Assembly: GCA_039794845.1 (NCBI GenBank)
Contig: JAUQVK010000052.1
Location: 1-39,625, forward strand
Source: Thermostichus sp. DRC_bins_24
GTDB taxonomy: Bacteria; Cyanobacteriota; Cyanobacteriia; Thermostichales; Thermostichaceae
Direction of reading: 5' to 3'
DNA length: 39,625 nt
The notes beneath the pieces were generated by a model that saw only the letters and a list, made by a program, of their open reading frames with translations, did not search any database and had not been told where the DNA came from. Each line of letters starts with the position of its first letter. Position 1 is the stretch's first letter. The translations under genes were made by a program, and so were the position numbers. Shown one piece after another: positions 1-8,601 of the stretch.

Positions 1-500
1 GGTGAATGGGCAGACATCGGTGGCACGTTTGACCGGTGTAGGCCGGATTGACCGCAACAACCTTCACACCCGCCCTCAAAGCCTTGTACTCAATGAACCC
101 CCTCAACCGGTGGAACGCCCAACTGTTACTGCGCCTGCGCTTGTTTGGTTGCGAGGCTGTTGGTTGATACGCTCACGGATGCCGGTCAAGTCTTCCAGGG
201 CAATCCCGGCTTGGTTGGACTTGGCGGTTTGAACGAGACTTTTCGAGATGGGGGGATTCACCCCACTTTGGAATCGGCGCTCACGACCGGATAACCGTTG
301 CAGCAATCCACGCACTCGGCGGCGTGTACTGCGTGTGCCCTTACCGGCCCTTTTCTGGAGCTTGGCTCTCAAGTTGGCCAAGTGGTCACGCACCTGGGTT
401 GTGGCTTGTCCATTCCGGTGCCGTCCCTCCGAAGTGTGGGCAATATCGGTACGGCCCAAATCCACGCCCAAGACATCCCGACACCCCCTCGAAAGGGTAG
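1..500 (-). pseudogene. tnpB: IS200/IS605-family TnpB remnant, 5'-truncated and frameshifted, running off the window edge
   Basis: ORF 103..555(-) contains RuvC-I (VLGVDLG) and RuvC-II (IALEDLTGIR). After a frameshift near 140, another frame reads KRRRSNSWAFHRLRGFIEYKALRAGVKVVAVNPAYTGQTCHRC, a typical TnpB stretch leading into the Zn finger. No N-terminal half is present. Confidence 0.9.
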
Positions 501-574
501 GGTGCGGGGCTCCTGCTGCCCTGGCTGAGTAGATTTTTGTAACAATTCCTCTCATAATAGGATTGATGATATGA

Positions 575-1021
575 ATGGATCCCTTACCGATGAATGGCTC
601 GCAACCGGATCCCAGTTCAGAACCGAACCCCTCTGGCTTAAAAACCTCCGGGCCCCCGAGGCTGATCGAGCTGGCGGAAGACGAAACCGATGCGCAGCTG
701 AGCGATCCCCTGCAAATGCAGCGCTACGAGTGCCGCTCCTGTGGGTATGTCTACGAACCTGCCAAAGGGGATCAGCTGAATCGGATCCCGGCGGGCGTAG
801 CCTTTGAAGAGTTGCCTGCTGATTGGAAATGTCCGGTGTGTCGGGCTGACAAACGCCTTTTCAAAGCCGTGGGAACCAAGGGCAAGCCCTCGGGCTTTCA
901 GGAAAATCTGGGCTACGGGCTCGGAGTCAATGTATTGACTCCTACCCAAAAGAACTTGCTCATTTTCCTGGGATTGGCGCTGGGATTTTTATTCCTGATG
1001 AGTTTTTATTTCGTCGAGTGA
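575..1021 (+). CDS. rubA: Membrane-anchored rubredoxin (photosystem biogenesis)
   Basis: YECRSCGYVY...WKCPVC rubredoxin motifs, a GFQENLGYGLGVN linker and a C-terminal TM helix; directly upstream of ycf48. Confidence 0.95.
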   Translation: MDPLPMNGSQPDPSSEPNPSGLKTSGPPRLIELAEDETDAQLSDPLQMQRYECRSCGYVYEPAKGDQLNRIPAGVAFEELPADWKCPVCRADKRLFKAVGTKGKPSGFQENLGYGLGVNVLTPTQKNLLIFLGLALGFLFLMSFYFVE

Positions 1022-2016
1022 TGGTCAAGATGTTCAAGCCTCTGAGAATGGTGGTGCTGGTTGCTTTCTCGGTGCTGCTCATGGCAGCGCGGCTGCCGAG
1101 TATGCAGGTGGTCCCCTGGCAACAGGTGGAAGTGCCCACCGAAAACACCCTGTTGGACATCGCCTTCACGGGCAGCTCTCCCTCCCATGGCTGGCTGGTG
1201 GGGGATAAAGCGACGCTGCTGGAATCCCAAGATGGCGGTTTGCACTGGCAAGTCCGTGAGCTGACCGGGCTTGAACCGGAAGCCTATCTGGCCTCGATTA
1301 GTTTTGCCGGAGCAGAGGGCTGGGTGGTCGGGCAACCGAAGATCCTCCTGCACACCCTCAATGAGGGATCCGACTGGATCTCCATTCGTTTGAGCGAGCA
1401 ACTGCCCGGTGAACCGATTTTGATCCAAGCCCTGGGGCCTGGGTCGGCAGAGATGGTGACCAATGTGGGGGCTATCTACCGCACCGAAGATGGTGGGCAA
1501 AACTGGCATGCGCGAGTGGATCAACCCATTGGGGTGGTAAAAAACATTGCCCGTAGCCCTGCGGGCGAATATCTGGCGGTGTCCTCTCGGGGCAGCTTTT
1601 ACTTCCTCTACACCCCGGACAGCCAAACCTGGAAGCCCTATCCCAGGGAGAGTTCCCGCCGTATTCAAAACATGGGCTTTGGGCCCAATGGCAGCGCCTG
1701 GAAGCTGAACCAAGGGGCAGAAATCACCCTCACCGATGACTTCACCTCCGGTGAGTGGATTCAGCCGATTCGTCCCGGTCGTGCCCTCAGCTTTGGCTAC
1801 CTGAATGCGGCCTACCAAAACGACCATGACCTGTGGGTGGTAGGGGGCGGCGCCACCCTGATCCACAGCCCCGACGGTGGCAAAACCTGGGAACAGGCCA
1901 CCAAGGTCAGCCATGTGCCTGCCAACTTCTACAGCATTGAATTTCCCACCCCAGACCGAGGGTTTATTCTCGGGCAGCGGGGTACCCTCCTGCGCTACGT
2001 TGGCTCCAACTCCTAG
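1021..2016 (+). CDS. ycf48: Photosystem II assembly factor Ycf48/Hcf136
   Basis: BNR/Asp-box repeats (SQDGGLHW, TEDGGQNW, SPDGGKTW), AVSSRGSFY and SSRRIQNMGF motifs; TGATG stop/start overlap with rubA. Confidence 0.95.
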   Translation: MVKMFKPLRMVVLVAFSVLLMAARLPSMQVVPWQQVEVPTENTLLDIAFTGSSPSHGWLVGDKATLLESQDGGLHWQVRELTGLEPEAYLASISFAGAEGWVVGQPKILLHTLNEGSDWISIRLSEQLPGEPILIQALGPGSAEMVTNVGAIYRTEDGGQNWHARVDQPIGVVKNIARSPAGEYLAVSSRGSFYFLYTPDSQTWKPYPRESSRRIQNMGFGPNGSAWKLNQGAEITLTDDFTSGEWIQPIRPGRALSFGYLNAAYQNDHDLWVVGGGATLIHSPDGGKTWEQATKVSHVPANFYSIEFPTPDRGFILGQRGTLLRYVGSNS

Positions 2017-3138
2017 TTGCACTTAGGGATCCCTTTGAACACAAGGCTTAGGGACAGCGCATCCCCTCCCCGCTTGTTGGTTGCCGCCAGCGGCACCGGC
2101 GGGCACGTCTTTCCGGCCTTGGCCATCGCTGAGCAACTGCCCGATTGGCAGATCGAATGGCTGGGGGTGCCGGATCGGATGGAGGTGAAGCTGGTGCAGG
2201 AACGCTATCTCCTTCACCGCATCGCCATGTCGGGTTTACAGGGATCCCCCCTTGAGAAGCTGCGGGCCTTGGCTCAATTGGGCCGTTCAACCCTGCAGGT
2301 GCGCCAAATCCTCAAGGCAGGGCAGTTTGACGCAGTGCTGACCACCGGAGGCTACATCGCCGCTCCCGCCATCTTGGCGGCCCGTTCCCTGGGGGTGCCG
2401 GTGCTCCTGCACGAGTCCAATCTGATCCCCGGCAAAGTCACCCGTGGGTTAGGGAAACTCTGCCGCGTCGTGGCTCTGGGCATGGCAGAAACCGTGGAAA
2501 AGTTGCCCGGTCTCAACACTCAGGTGGTGGGTACACCGGTACGGGCTGAGTTTTACACACCCCAGCCTTTTCCCGCGGATATCCCCATCCCGCAAGGGGA
2601 TCCGATGATCCTGGTCATGGGGGGCAGCCAAGGGGCCCGTGGTCTTAACCGCATGGTGGTGGCCTGTGCCGAGGCTTGGTTGCAAACGGGGGCCTGGATT
2701 GTGCATTTGACCGGCGAGACCGAAGCCGCCGCCCTAGAGGCCATCGCCCCCCACCATCCCCGCTATTGGCGCTTTCCCTTTCGAGAGGATATGGCCAGTT
2801 TGCTGCAACGGGCGGATTTCGCCATCAGCCGTTCGGGCGCCATGAGTTTGGCGGAACTGGTAGCCACGGCCACTCCGGCGGTGTTGATCCCTTATCCGTT
2901 TGCCGCCGAGGATCATCAGTACCACAATGCCCTTGCCTTTGTTCGACACGGGGGGGGTGTGGTCATGCGAGAATCCGAAAAGAATCTGGACTGGCTTCGG
3001 CAAACGGTGCTGACTTGGTTGGCCCAACCGGAAACTGTTGCCCAAATGGCCACCAACCTGAAATCGACTGCCTATCCCGCAGCGGGCCAGGCCATCGCCC
3101 ACCTATTGCAAGGAATCCTCCAAGATTCGGCCCGTTAA
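2017..3138 (+). CDS. murG: Lipid II GlcNAc transferase MurG (start uncertain)
   Basis: ASGTGGHVFPA, TTGGY, HESN, GGSQGA, SRSGA and PYPFAAEDHQYHNA motifs. Confidence 0.95.
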   Translation: MHLGIPLNTRLRDSASPPRLLVAASGTGGHVFPALAIAEQLPDWQIEWLGVPDRMEVKLVQERYLLHRIAMSGLQGSPLEKLRALAQLGRSTLQVRQILKAGQFDAVLTTGGYIAAPAILAARSLGVPVLLHESNLIPGKVTRGLGKLCRVVALGMAETVEKLPGLNTQVVGTPVRAEFYTPQPFPADIPIPQGDPMILVMGGSQGARGLNRMVVACAEAWLQTGAWIVHLTGETEAAALEAIAPHHPRYWRFPFREDMASLLQRADFAISRSGAMSLAELVATATPAVLIPYPFAAEDHQYHNALAFVRHGGGVVMRESEKNLDWLRQTVLTWLAQPETVAQMATNLKSTAYPAAGQAIAHLLQGILQDSAR

Positions 3139-3157
3139 CTCCCCCAAGGGGGCAGCC

Positions 3158-3922
3158 GTGGTACAGCAGAGATTGGACAGCCATCCCCATCGCTTACATC
3201 ACCGCCCTGAAGCTGTGGAGCCCCCAACCATCGAGCACCTGCTGACTCGGCTGGAACAGTGCTTCGGGATCCCCAAACCCTCCAACACCGGTGGAGGGGT
3301 GCCTGTTTGTCCGGATCTGTTGGACGAGTTGGTGGGCATGATCCTCTCCCAAAACACCACCGTTCGCGTTCGCGGTGTGCAGCACTTTCACAACAGCAGC
3401 CGCGCCTTTCGCGCCCTCAAGGCAGCCTTTCCTTCCTGGGAAGCCGTTTTGGCTGCCGATCCCGAGGAGTTGGCGCTGGTCATCCGCTCCGCCGGCGGAT
3501 TGGCCAACCCCAAGGTCACTCGCATTCAAGAAGTTTTGGCCGCCATTCGAGAACGGCAGGGATCCCTAGAGTTGGGGTTTTTGGCGGAGATGGAAACCGA
3601 CAGCGCCCTCGACTATCTGCTCTCCTTGAAAGGGATGGGGCTGAAAACCGCCACCTGTGTGCTGTTGTTTGGTCTGGGCCACGATCTCTGCCCCGTCGAC
3701 GCCCACGTCCACCGGGTGGCCAATCGCCTAGGCTTGGTGCGGGCCAAACACCCCGACGATACTTTTGCGCAACTGTCCAGCCGCATTCCCGTCGGCAAAG
3801 CCTATTCCCTACACATCAACCTGATCCGCCTCGGCAAACGCATCTGCAAAGCCCGTATGCCCGAGTGTGGCCGCTGCCCGCTGCGCCAAGAGTGTCCTTC
3901 TGCCCTACTGCGACAACGCTGA
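3158..3922 (+). CDS. Endonuclease III-like HhH-GPD glycosylase with 4Fe-4S cluster (start uncertain)
   Basis: ILSQNTT, HhH motif LKGMGLKTA, PVDAHVHRV, and C-terminal CxxxxxxCxxCxxxxxC. Confidence 0.88.
   Translation: MVQQRLDSHPHRLHHRPEAVEPPTIEHLLTRLEQCFGIPKPSNTGGGVPVCPDLLDELVGMILSQNTTVRVRGVQHFHNSSRAFRALKAAFPSWEAVLAADPEELALVIRSAGGLANPKVTRIQEVLAAIRERQGSLELGFLAEMETDSALDYLLSLKGMGLKTATCVLLFGLGHDLCPVDAHVHRVANRLGLVRAKHPDDTFAQLSSRIPVGKAYSLHINLIRLGKRICKARMPECGRCPLRQECPSALLRQR
3362..3385 (+). repeat. 24-nt double-hairpin element inserted in frame in the nth-like gene
   Basis: GTTCGCGTTCGCGGTGTGCAGCAC reads as CGC-gttc-GCG plus GTG-tgcag-CAC. It adds 8 aa inside the SQNTxxxNS motif and has the same architecture as the unit at 21181-21282. 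Confidence 0.65.
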
Positions 3923-5746
3923 CCCTTCTGGAACCGGTTGAACCTTGAAGCTCTGATCAGGGATCCCATCTTCTACTGAAGGACTGTCTGGCTCAAGGGC
4001 TTGCCGCACCGATTGCAACTCTTGAGAGAGCAACACCCGCTCGCGATCCAACAGACCCACAATCTGCTCCGGATCCTCGCGGGAGACCACCGGCAGCTGG
4101 CGCAAGTCGTACTGGTACATGGGCTCGGCGGCCACCATCACCGCCTCATCTGGGAAGGTGGTGAGAACAGGAGCCTGGCTCACCTGCTGGACCGTCAGTT
4201 CCGCCAATTCCGCACCCTCTTTGCGGGCCAACGCCCGTTCTAAGTCTTGCAGGGTGAGAATGCCCCGCAGCCGCTCCTGCTCATCCACCACCAAAGCACT
4301 GTGGCATTTCTCCTGCATCAAGCTCTCCAGGGCCTCGCGCACGGGCATATCCTGTCGCAGCAGTAGGGAGGGAGCCACCATCACCTCTTCTACCGTCAGC
4401 CCTACACTCTGCCCAGATTCACCATTGGCTCGCAGGCGCTCCTGCCGAACCGAGGGGTAAATAGCCGGGGAATGTAGCTGCTCCGTCAACCAAATGCTCA
4501 GCCCCACCGCTGCCATCAGGGGGAGCGCAATGTGATAGTCCCGCGTCATTTCAAACAGCAGCAAAATTGCCGTCAAGGGGGCCCGTACACTGGCCGCCAA
4601 CACTGCTGCCATTCCCACCATGGCGTAGGCTGCCGGGGGAGACAAAGCAACTAGGGGCAAAACCCGGTCGAGCACCTGCCCGTAAGCTGCTCCCAGCACT
4701 GCTCCCAAGAACAAGGCGGGGGCAAAGGTTCCCCCCACAAAGCCGCTGCCCAGGCTGAGCGCGCTCAACAACAACTTGCCCAGCAACAACAGCCCCAACT
4801 GGCCTAGTGAAAAGGGCACCGCCTGTAAAATCGATTCAATAGTCTCGTAGCCCACCCCCAACCCCAAGGGGATCCCCAAGCCCAGCAGGCCCAGGATCCC
4901 CCCCCCCAGGATCGGCTTGCTCCAGGCGGGCCAGGCAGCAAGGGGGCCACTGCCAAACAGGCGTTTGCCCCATTCCAGGCTGTAGCTCAAGGCAATCGAG
5001 ACCAAGCTGGCCAAAAGGCCCAAGCCCAGGTAGAAGGGCACCTCCAGCAGCCCCCGCACCTCGTAGGCAGGCAACACAAAGGCCGGCTGGGTAATGGCAG
5101 GTAGAAGAAAAGCGGGCTGCGCCCCCAACCCCACCTGAGCGATCAGGGCAGACACCACGGCTGACAACACCACCACACTGACCGCAGAAGTGGTAAAGCT
5201 CCGGGCTAAGGCCAGCTCCAGCGCCAGAAATACCCCCGCAATCGGCGCGTTGAACCCTGCCGCCAACCCTGCTGCTGCCCCCGCGGCCACCAACAGCTGT
5301 ACCCGCTCCCGAGATAGGTTCAGGTTCTGCCCCAGCAGGAATCCAAGCAAGCCACCACTTTCCACACTGGGAGCCTCAGGGCCCAGGGATGCCCCCGCAC
5401 CCAAGGAGATGGCAGCCGCCAACAACTTGAGGGGGATCCACCAAGGCCGGGGTGCCAAAGGTCGGGTAGGGCTGACCAAACTGGAGAGGCCAAAGCTGGG
5501 AAAAGGCACCGCCACTCCCAAAATGCTGATCAGCAAGCCCCCCAACACCGGTGCCAAAGCCAGCACCCAGGATCCCAGCGGCAACAGGCTATCCACAAGG
5601 GTGTCCTGCAACAGGTAGCGAAACCAGCCGATCAGATACCGAAACCCGATCACCAACAGACCCGTGCCCAAGCCCACCCCTGCCGCCAGCAGCAGCAGCA
5701 GGTTCTCAGAGGAGAGGCGCAGGCGGGGATCCGAAACGCTATTCAT
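3905..5746 (-). CDS. ClC-family chloride channel/H+ antiporter with C-terminal CBS pair
   Basis: GASLGPEAP, AGFNAPIAG, GFVGGTFAP and RAPLTAILLLFEMT motifs, many TM helices and two CBS domains. Confidence 0.93.
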   Translation of the reverse strand: MNSVSDPRLRLSSENLLLLLAAGVGLGTGLLVIGFRYLIGWFRYLLQDTLVDSLLPLGSWVLALAPVLGGLLISILGVAVPFPSFGLSSLVSPTRPLAPRPWWIPLKLLAAAISLGAGASLGPEAPSVESGGLLGFLLGQNLNLSRERVQLLVAAGAAAGLAAGFNAPIAGVFLALELALARSFTTSAVSVVVLSAVVSALIAQVGLGAQPAFLLPAITQPAFVLPAYEVRGLLEVPFYLGLGLLASLVSIALSYSLEWGKRLFGSGPLAAWPAWSKPILGGGILGLLGLGIPLGLGVGYETIESILQAVPFSLGQLGLLLLGKLLLSALSLGSGFVGGTFAPALFLGAVLGAAYGQVLDRVLPLVALSPPAAYAMVGMAAVLAASVRAPLTAILLLFEMTRDYHIALPLMAAVGLSIWLTEQLHSPAIYPSVRQERLRANGESGQSVGLTVEEVMVAPSLLLRQDMPVREALESLMQEKCHSALVVDEQERLRGILTLQDLERALARKEGAELAELTVQQVSQAPVLTTFPDEAVMVAAEPMYQYDLRQLPVVSREDPEQIVGLLDRERVLLSQELQSVRQALEPDSPSVEDGIPDQSFKVQPVPEGSALSQ

Positions 5747-5753
5747 AGTCTCC

Positions 5754-6635
5754 TCAAGAGGTGGACGAATCGGACGGTAGGGTCAAGATCTCCACACCTG
5801 TTTCCGTGACAGCGACGGTGTGCTCAAACTGGGCCGAGAGCTTACCATCCAGGGTGACAGCCGTCCATTTGTCCGCCAGCACCTTCACTTCCCAGGTGCC
5901 CTCGTTGATCATCGGCTCGATGGTAAAGACCATACCCGGGCGTAGTTTTTCCCCTTGCCCCGCCTGGCCGTAATGGGGGATCTGGGGAGCCGTGTGAAAT
6001 TGCCGACCGACGCCATGGCCGACAAAATCCCGCACCACCCCATAGCCGTGGGCTTCGGCATACTCCTGAATGGCTGCACCGATATCCCCGACTCTGCCCC
6101 CCGGTTTTACGGCGGCAATGCCACGTCGCAAACATTCTTCAGTTACCTCGACCAGTCGCCGTGCCCGCTCAGAGGGCTGTCCGACAAAGTAGGTTTTCGA
6201 GGTATCGCCGTGGTAGCCCCCTAAAATTGGGGTGACATCGATGTTAATAATGTCCCCTTCCCTGAGGATCTGCTTTGGACTCGGGATCCCATGGCAAACC
6301 ACCTGGTTGACGCTGGTGCAGATGGACTTGGGAAAACCATGATAGCCGAGGGGGGCACTTTTGGCGCCGTGGGCGCGGGTCCAACGCTCTGCCTCATCGT
6401 TCAAGTCTTGGGTGGTGATCCCGGGTTGCACCATCGGTTCGAGGTGATTGAGCAAATCTGCCGCCAACTGACAGGCACGCCGCATTTTTTCCAGCTCGCG
6501 GGAAGAGAGCAAAACTAGGGGTTGCGGGGCTTGGGCAAGTTGGTTCATGCCCATCTGCAGAGCCGATCCCAATTGTTTCCCCAATCGCTGGGAACGACAA
6601 CCCAAATCCGAAAATAACGTTCGCATCTCTTCCAT
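5754..6635 (-). CDS. map: Type I methionine aminopeptidase
   Basis: CTSVNQVVCHGIP, DIINIDVT, GDTSKT, GHGVG, FTIEPMIN and SAQFEHT motifs. Confidence 0.96.
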   Translation of the reverse strand: MEEMRTLFSDLGCRSQRLGKQLGSALQMGMNQLAQAPQPLVLLSSRELEKMRRACQLAADLLNHLEPMVQPGITTQDLNDEAERWTRAHGAKSAPLGYHGFPKSICTSVNQVVCHGIPSPKQILREGDIINIDVTPILGGYHGDTSKTYFVGQPSERARRLVEVTEECLRRGIAAVKPGGRVGDIGAAIQEYAEAHGYGVVRDFVGHGVGRQFHTAPQIPHYGQAGQGEKLRPGMVFTIEPMINEGTWEVKVLADKWTAVTLDGKLSAQFEHTVAVTETGVEILTLPSDSSTS

Positions 6636-6726
6636 CGCTAAAGCTTTCCGTAAAATTCTGGGTCAGAAGGAATCTTGCTGTGGATCCTGTAGGCCGAGGT
6701 TCCAAAGCAGCCAATATCTCCAATAT

Positions 6727-7299
6727 CTACAGGCCCAGCTGCCGCCGATGCCGAATCCGCTGCACCAGCCACAGACCCAAAAAATAGCTGATCAAGGCTC
6801 CCCAAAAACCCACAAAAGCACAGCCGGCAAAGAGCGTCACAGAGACTTCCATGCCCCACTGCATCCAACTTTGCCAAGTGGCCGCCACCAGCTCCGTTGT
6901 GGCCACTGAAGTCTGGGATCCCAGCAGCCATTCCCCCACCTGATAATTAAAGGCATAGATGGGCACATAGGTGAAGGGATTGCTCACCCAAGTCCCTGCC
7001 GCCGCCGCCAGCTTGTTGCCCCGCAACGGCACCGCCAACACCAGAGCAGCCAAGGTTTGAAAGCCAAAAATCGGGAAACAACCCGCAAACACCCCCACTG
7101 CCAACCCCCGGGCAATCTGTTTTGGTGTGGACTGCAACCGCAGCAGACGTAGGTAAAGATAGCGCAGCCAACGCTTCCAGGAGGGATCCCGGCGTGCCAA
7201 AGTGAGAACAGGCTGAGACTCAAAACTGGGCCCAGCGGATCCCGATAGGCGAGAGAAGGAAGGCAAGAGGGGCAGCCTCAACCAGAGGGGGGGACGCAT
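6727..7299 (-). CDS. DUF2062 family membrane protein
   Basis: STPKQIARGLAVGVFAGCFP...GTWVSNPFT signature. The ATG at 7299 was chosen over the upstream extension. Confidence 0.85.
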   Translation of the reverse strand: MRPPLWLRLPLLPSFSRLSGSAGPSFESQPVLTLARRDPSWKRWLRYLYLRLLRLQSTPKQIARGLAVGVFAGCFPIFGFQTLAALVLAVPLRGNKLAAAAGTWVSNPFTYVPIYAFNYQVGEWLLGSQTSVATTELVAATWQSWMQWGMEVSVTLFAGCAFVGFWGALISYFLGLWLVQRIRHRRQLGL

Positions 7300-7404
7300 G
7301 GTGGCAAAGTGAGAGAAGGTGTTAAGTCCTGTAAATCCAGTGTATCTTTCCCGCCACTGGCGACAAAGGATTATGGGACAGCCGATCAGGAATTCATGGA
7401 GGCT

Positions 7405-7420
7405 TGTGAGCCATCTCACA
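7405..7420 (+). promoter_or_regulatory. CRP-family (SyCRP1-type) binding site
   Basis: Perfect TGTGA-N6-TCACA (TGTGAgccatcTCACA), with a TAN3T -10 element (TAGCTT, 7442-7447) at class II spacing. Confidence 0.7.
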
Positions 7421-7449
7421 GCTGGGAGGGCAAAAATCTCCTAGCTTGG

Positions 7450-7463
7450 GTACAAAAAGCTAC
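7450..7463 (+). promoter_or_regulatory. NtcA box
   Basis: Perfect GTA-N8-TAC (GTAcaaaaagcTAC), 29 nt before the SLH gene ATG. Confidence 0.55.
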
Positions 7464-7492
7464 TCACGAGTTGACAAGGGAGAAAAACAGCC

Positions 7493-8326
7493 ATGAAAAG
7501 ACAAAAGCTCGCATGGGCGATAATTCTGCCGTTGATGGGGATGGGGATCCCAGCCTTTGCTCAGGCCAATCCTTTGGTGGAATGTGTTCAGGGCTTAATG
7601 GCTCTGGGCATTGCTGCTGAACCCGCGCTAGAAGCCTGCCGGGAACAACTGGGATCCCCGAACAAACCCACAGAAGACCCACAGCAGACAGCCACAGTTG
7701 GGGAATTTTCCGATATCGCCGGAGTTTTCGGAGAAGCCGAGATCCGCCAGCTGACCCAGTTGGGCATTATCGAAGCGGACTCTGAGCAGTTTCGCCCCGA
7801 GGATCCCATCCAGCGCGGCCAGTTCGTCATTTGGCTGGTGCGGGCCTTCAACACCTACTATCCCGACCGAGCGATGCGCTTCGGAGCCACCCCCAATTTT
7901 TCCGACACCACCGCCGATGCCCCCTATAGCCGCTACTTGGGAGCGGCCCAGGATGCTGGCTTTGTGGTGGGTTTTACCGACGGCACCTTCCGTCCCGAGG
8001 AAATCTTGACACGGGAACAGATGATTGCCATCAAATCTCGAGTGGATTCTGATCACCGTGACAATCGGGATGCAAGCGCTTTGCGGCGGGCTCTGCAAAA
8101 TCAATTTGACGATGTGGATCAATTTGACGATCAGTTTCTGCCCTTTATTGCCCACGACCATCTCGGTGCAGCCGGGCAGAGAAACTTCGAGCGCCTCTAC
8201 GGCACCACCCGCAGCTATCGACCCAAACAAGCCGTGACCCGAGCAGAAGCAGCTGTTTTGCTCTCGCGGTTCGACCGGGGTAGCCGAGTCACCGCGGCAC
8301 AAGCGCTGCAAAGAAAAGCAAACTAG
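7493..8326 (+). CDS. Secreted S-layer homology (SLH) domain protein
   Basis: Signal peptide ending in AFA; SLH repeats FSDI...FRPEDPIQR, GFTDGTFRPEEILTREQ and YRPKQAVTRAEAA. Confidence 0.88.
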   Translation: MKRQKLAWAIILPLMGMGIPAFAQANPLVECVQGLMALGIAAEPALEACREQLGSPNKPTEDPQQTATVGEFSDIAGVFGEAEIRQLTQLGIIEADSEQFRPEDPIQRGQFVIWLVRAFNTYYPDRAMRFGATPNFSDTTADAPYSRYLGAAQDAGFVVGFTDGTFRPEEILTREQMIAIKSRVDSDHRDNRDASALRRALQNQFDDVDQFDDQFLPFIAHDHLGAAGQRNFERLYGTTRSYRPKQAVTRAEAAVLLSRFDRGSRVTAAQALQRKAN

Positions 8327-8478
8327 GTGAGCTTATCCACCAGGGCCAACACAAAGTTCAGACCCAAATAGGAGACCAGCGCCACCAAAAACACAAACAG
8401 GGTGATGCTAAACAAAGATTGCAGGGATCCAAAGCCAGAGCTTGCCTTCTGTTCCGGCTTTTCGGGGGGAGTTGCCAT
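8323..8478 (-). CDS. Small single-TM protein (51 aa)
   Basis: MATPPEKPEQK followed by a ~25-aa hydrophobic stretch. It fills the gap downstream of the permease. Confidence 0.55.
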   Translation of the reverse strand: MATPPEKPEQKASSGFGSLQSLFSITLFVFLVALVSYLGLNFVLALVDKLT

Positions 8479-8601
8479 GATCAATCCGCTGAGGAGGGTG
8501 TGACTTTCCTTAGGATCCCACTTTGGCCGTGCATTTGCATCTGCAGGCTTAAGGGGGCAAGCCCCTCTGCACAGCACGTGGTCAAGCTTGTAATGAACCT
8601 C

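Noticed and set aside
103..555. Intact mini-Cas12f/TnpB
   Set aside because: It is frameshifted, lacks the N-terminal domains and has no array.
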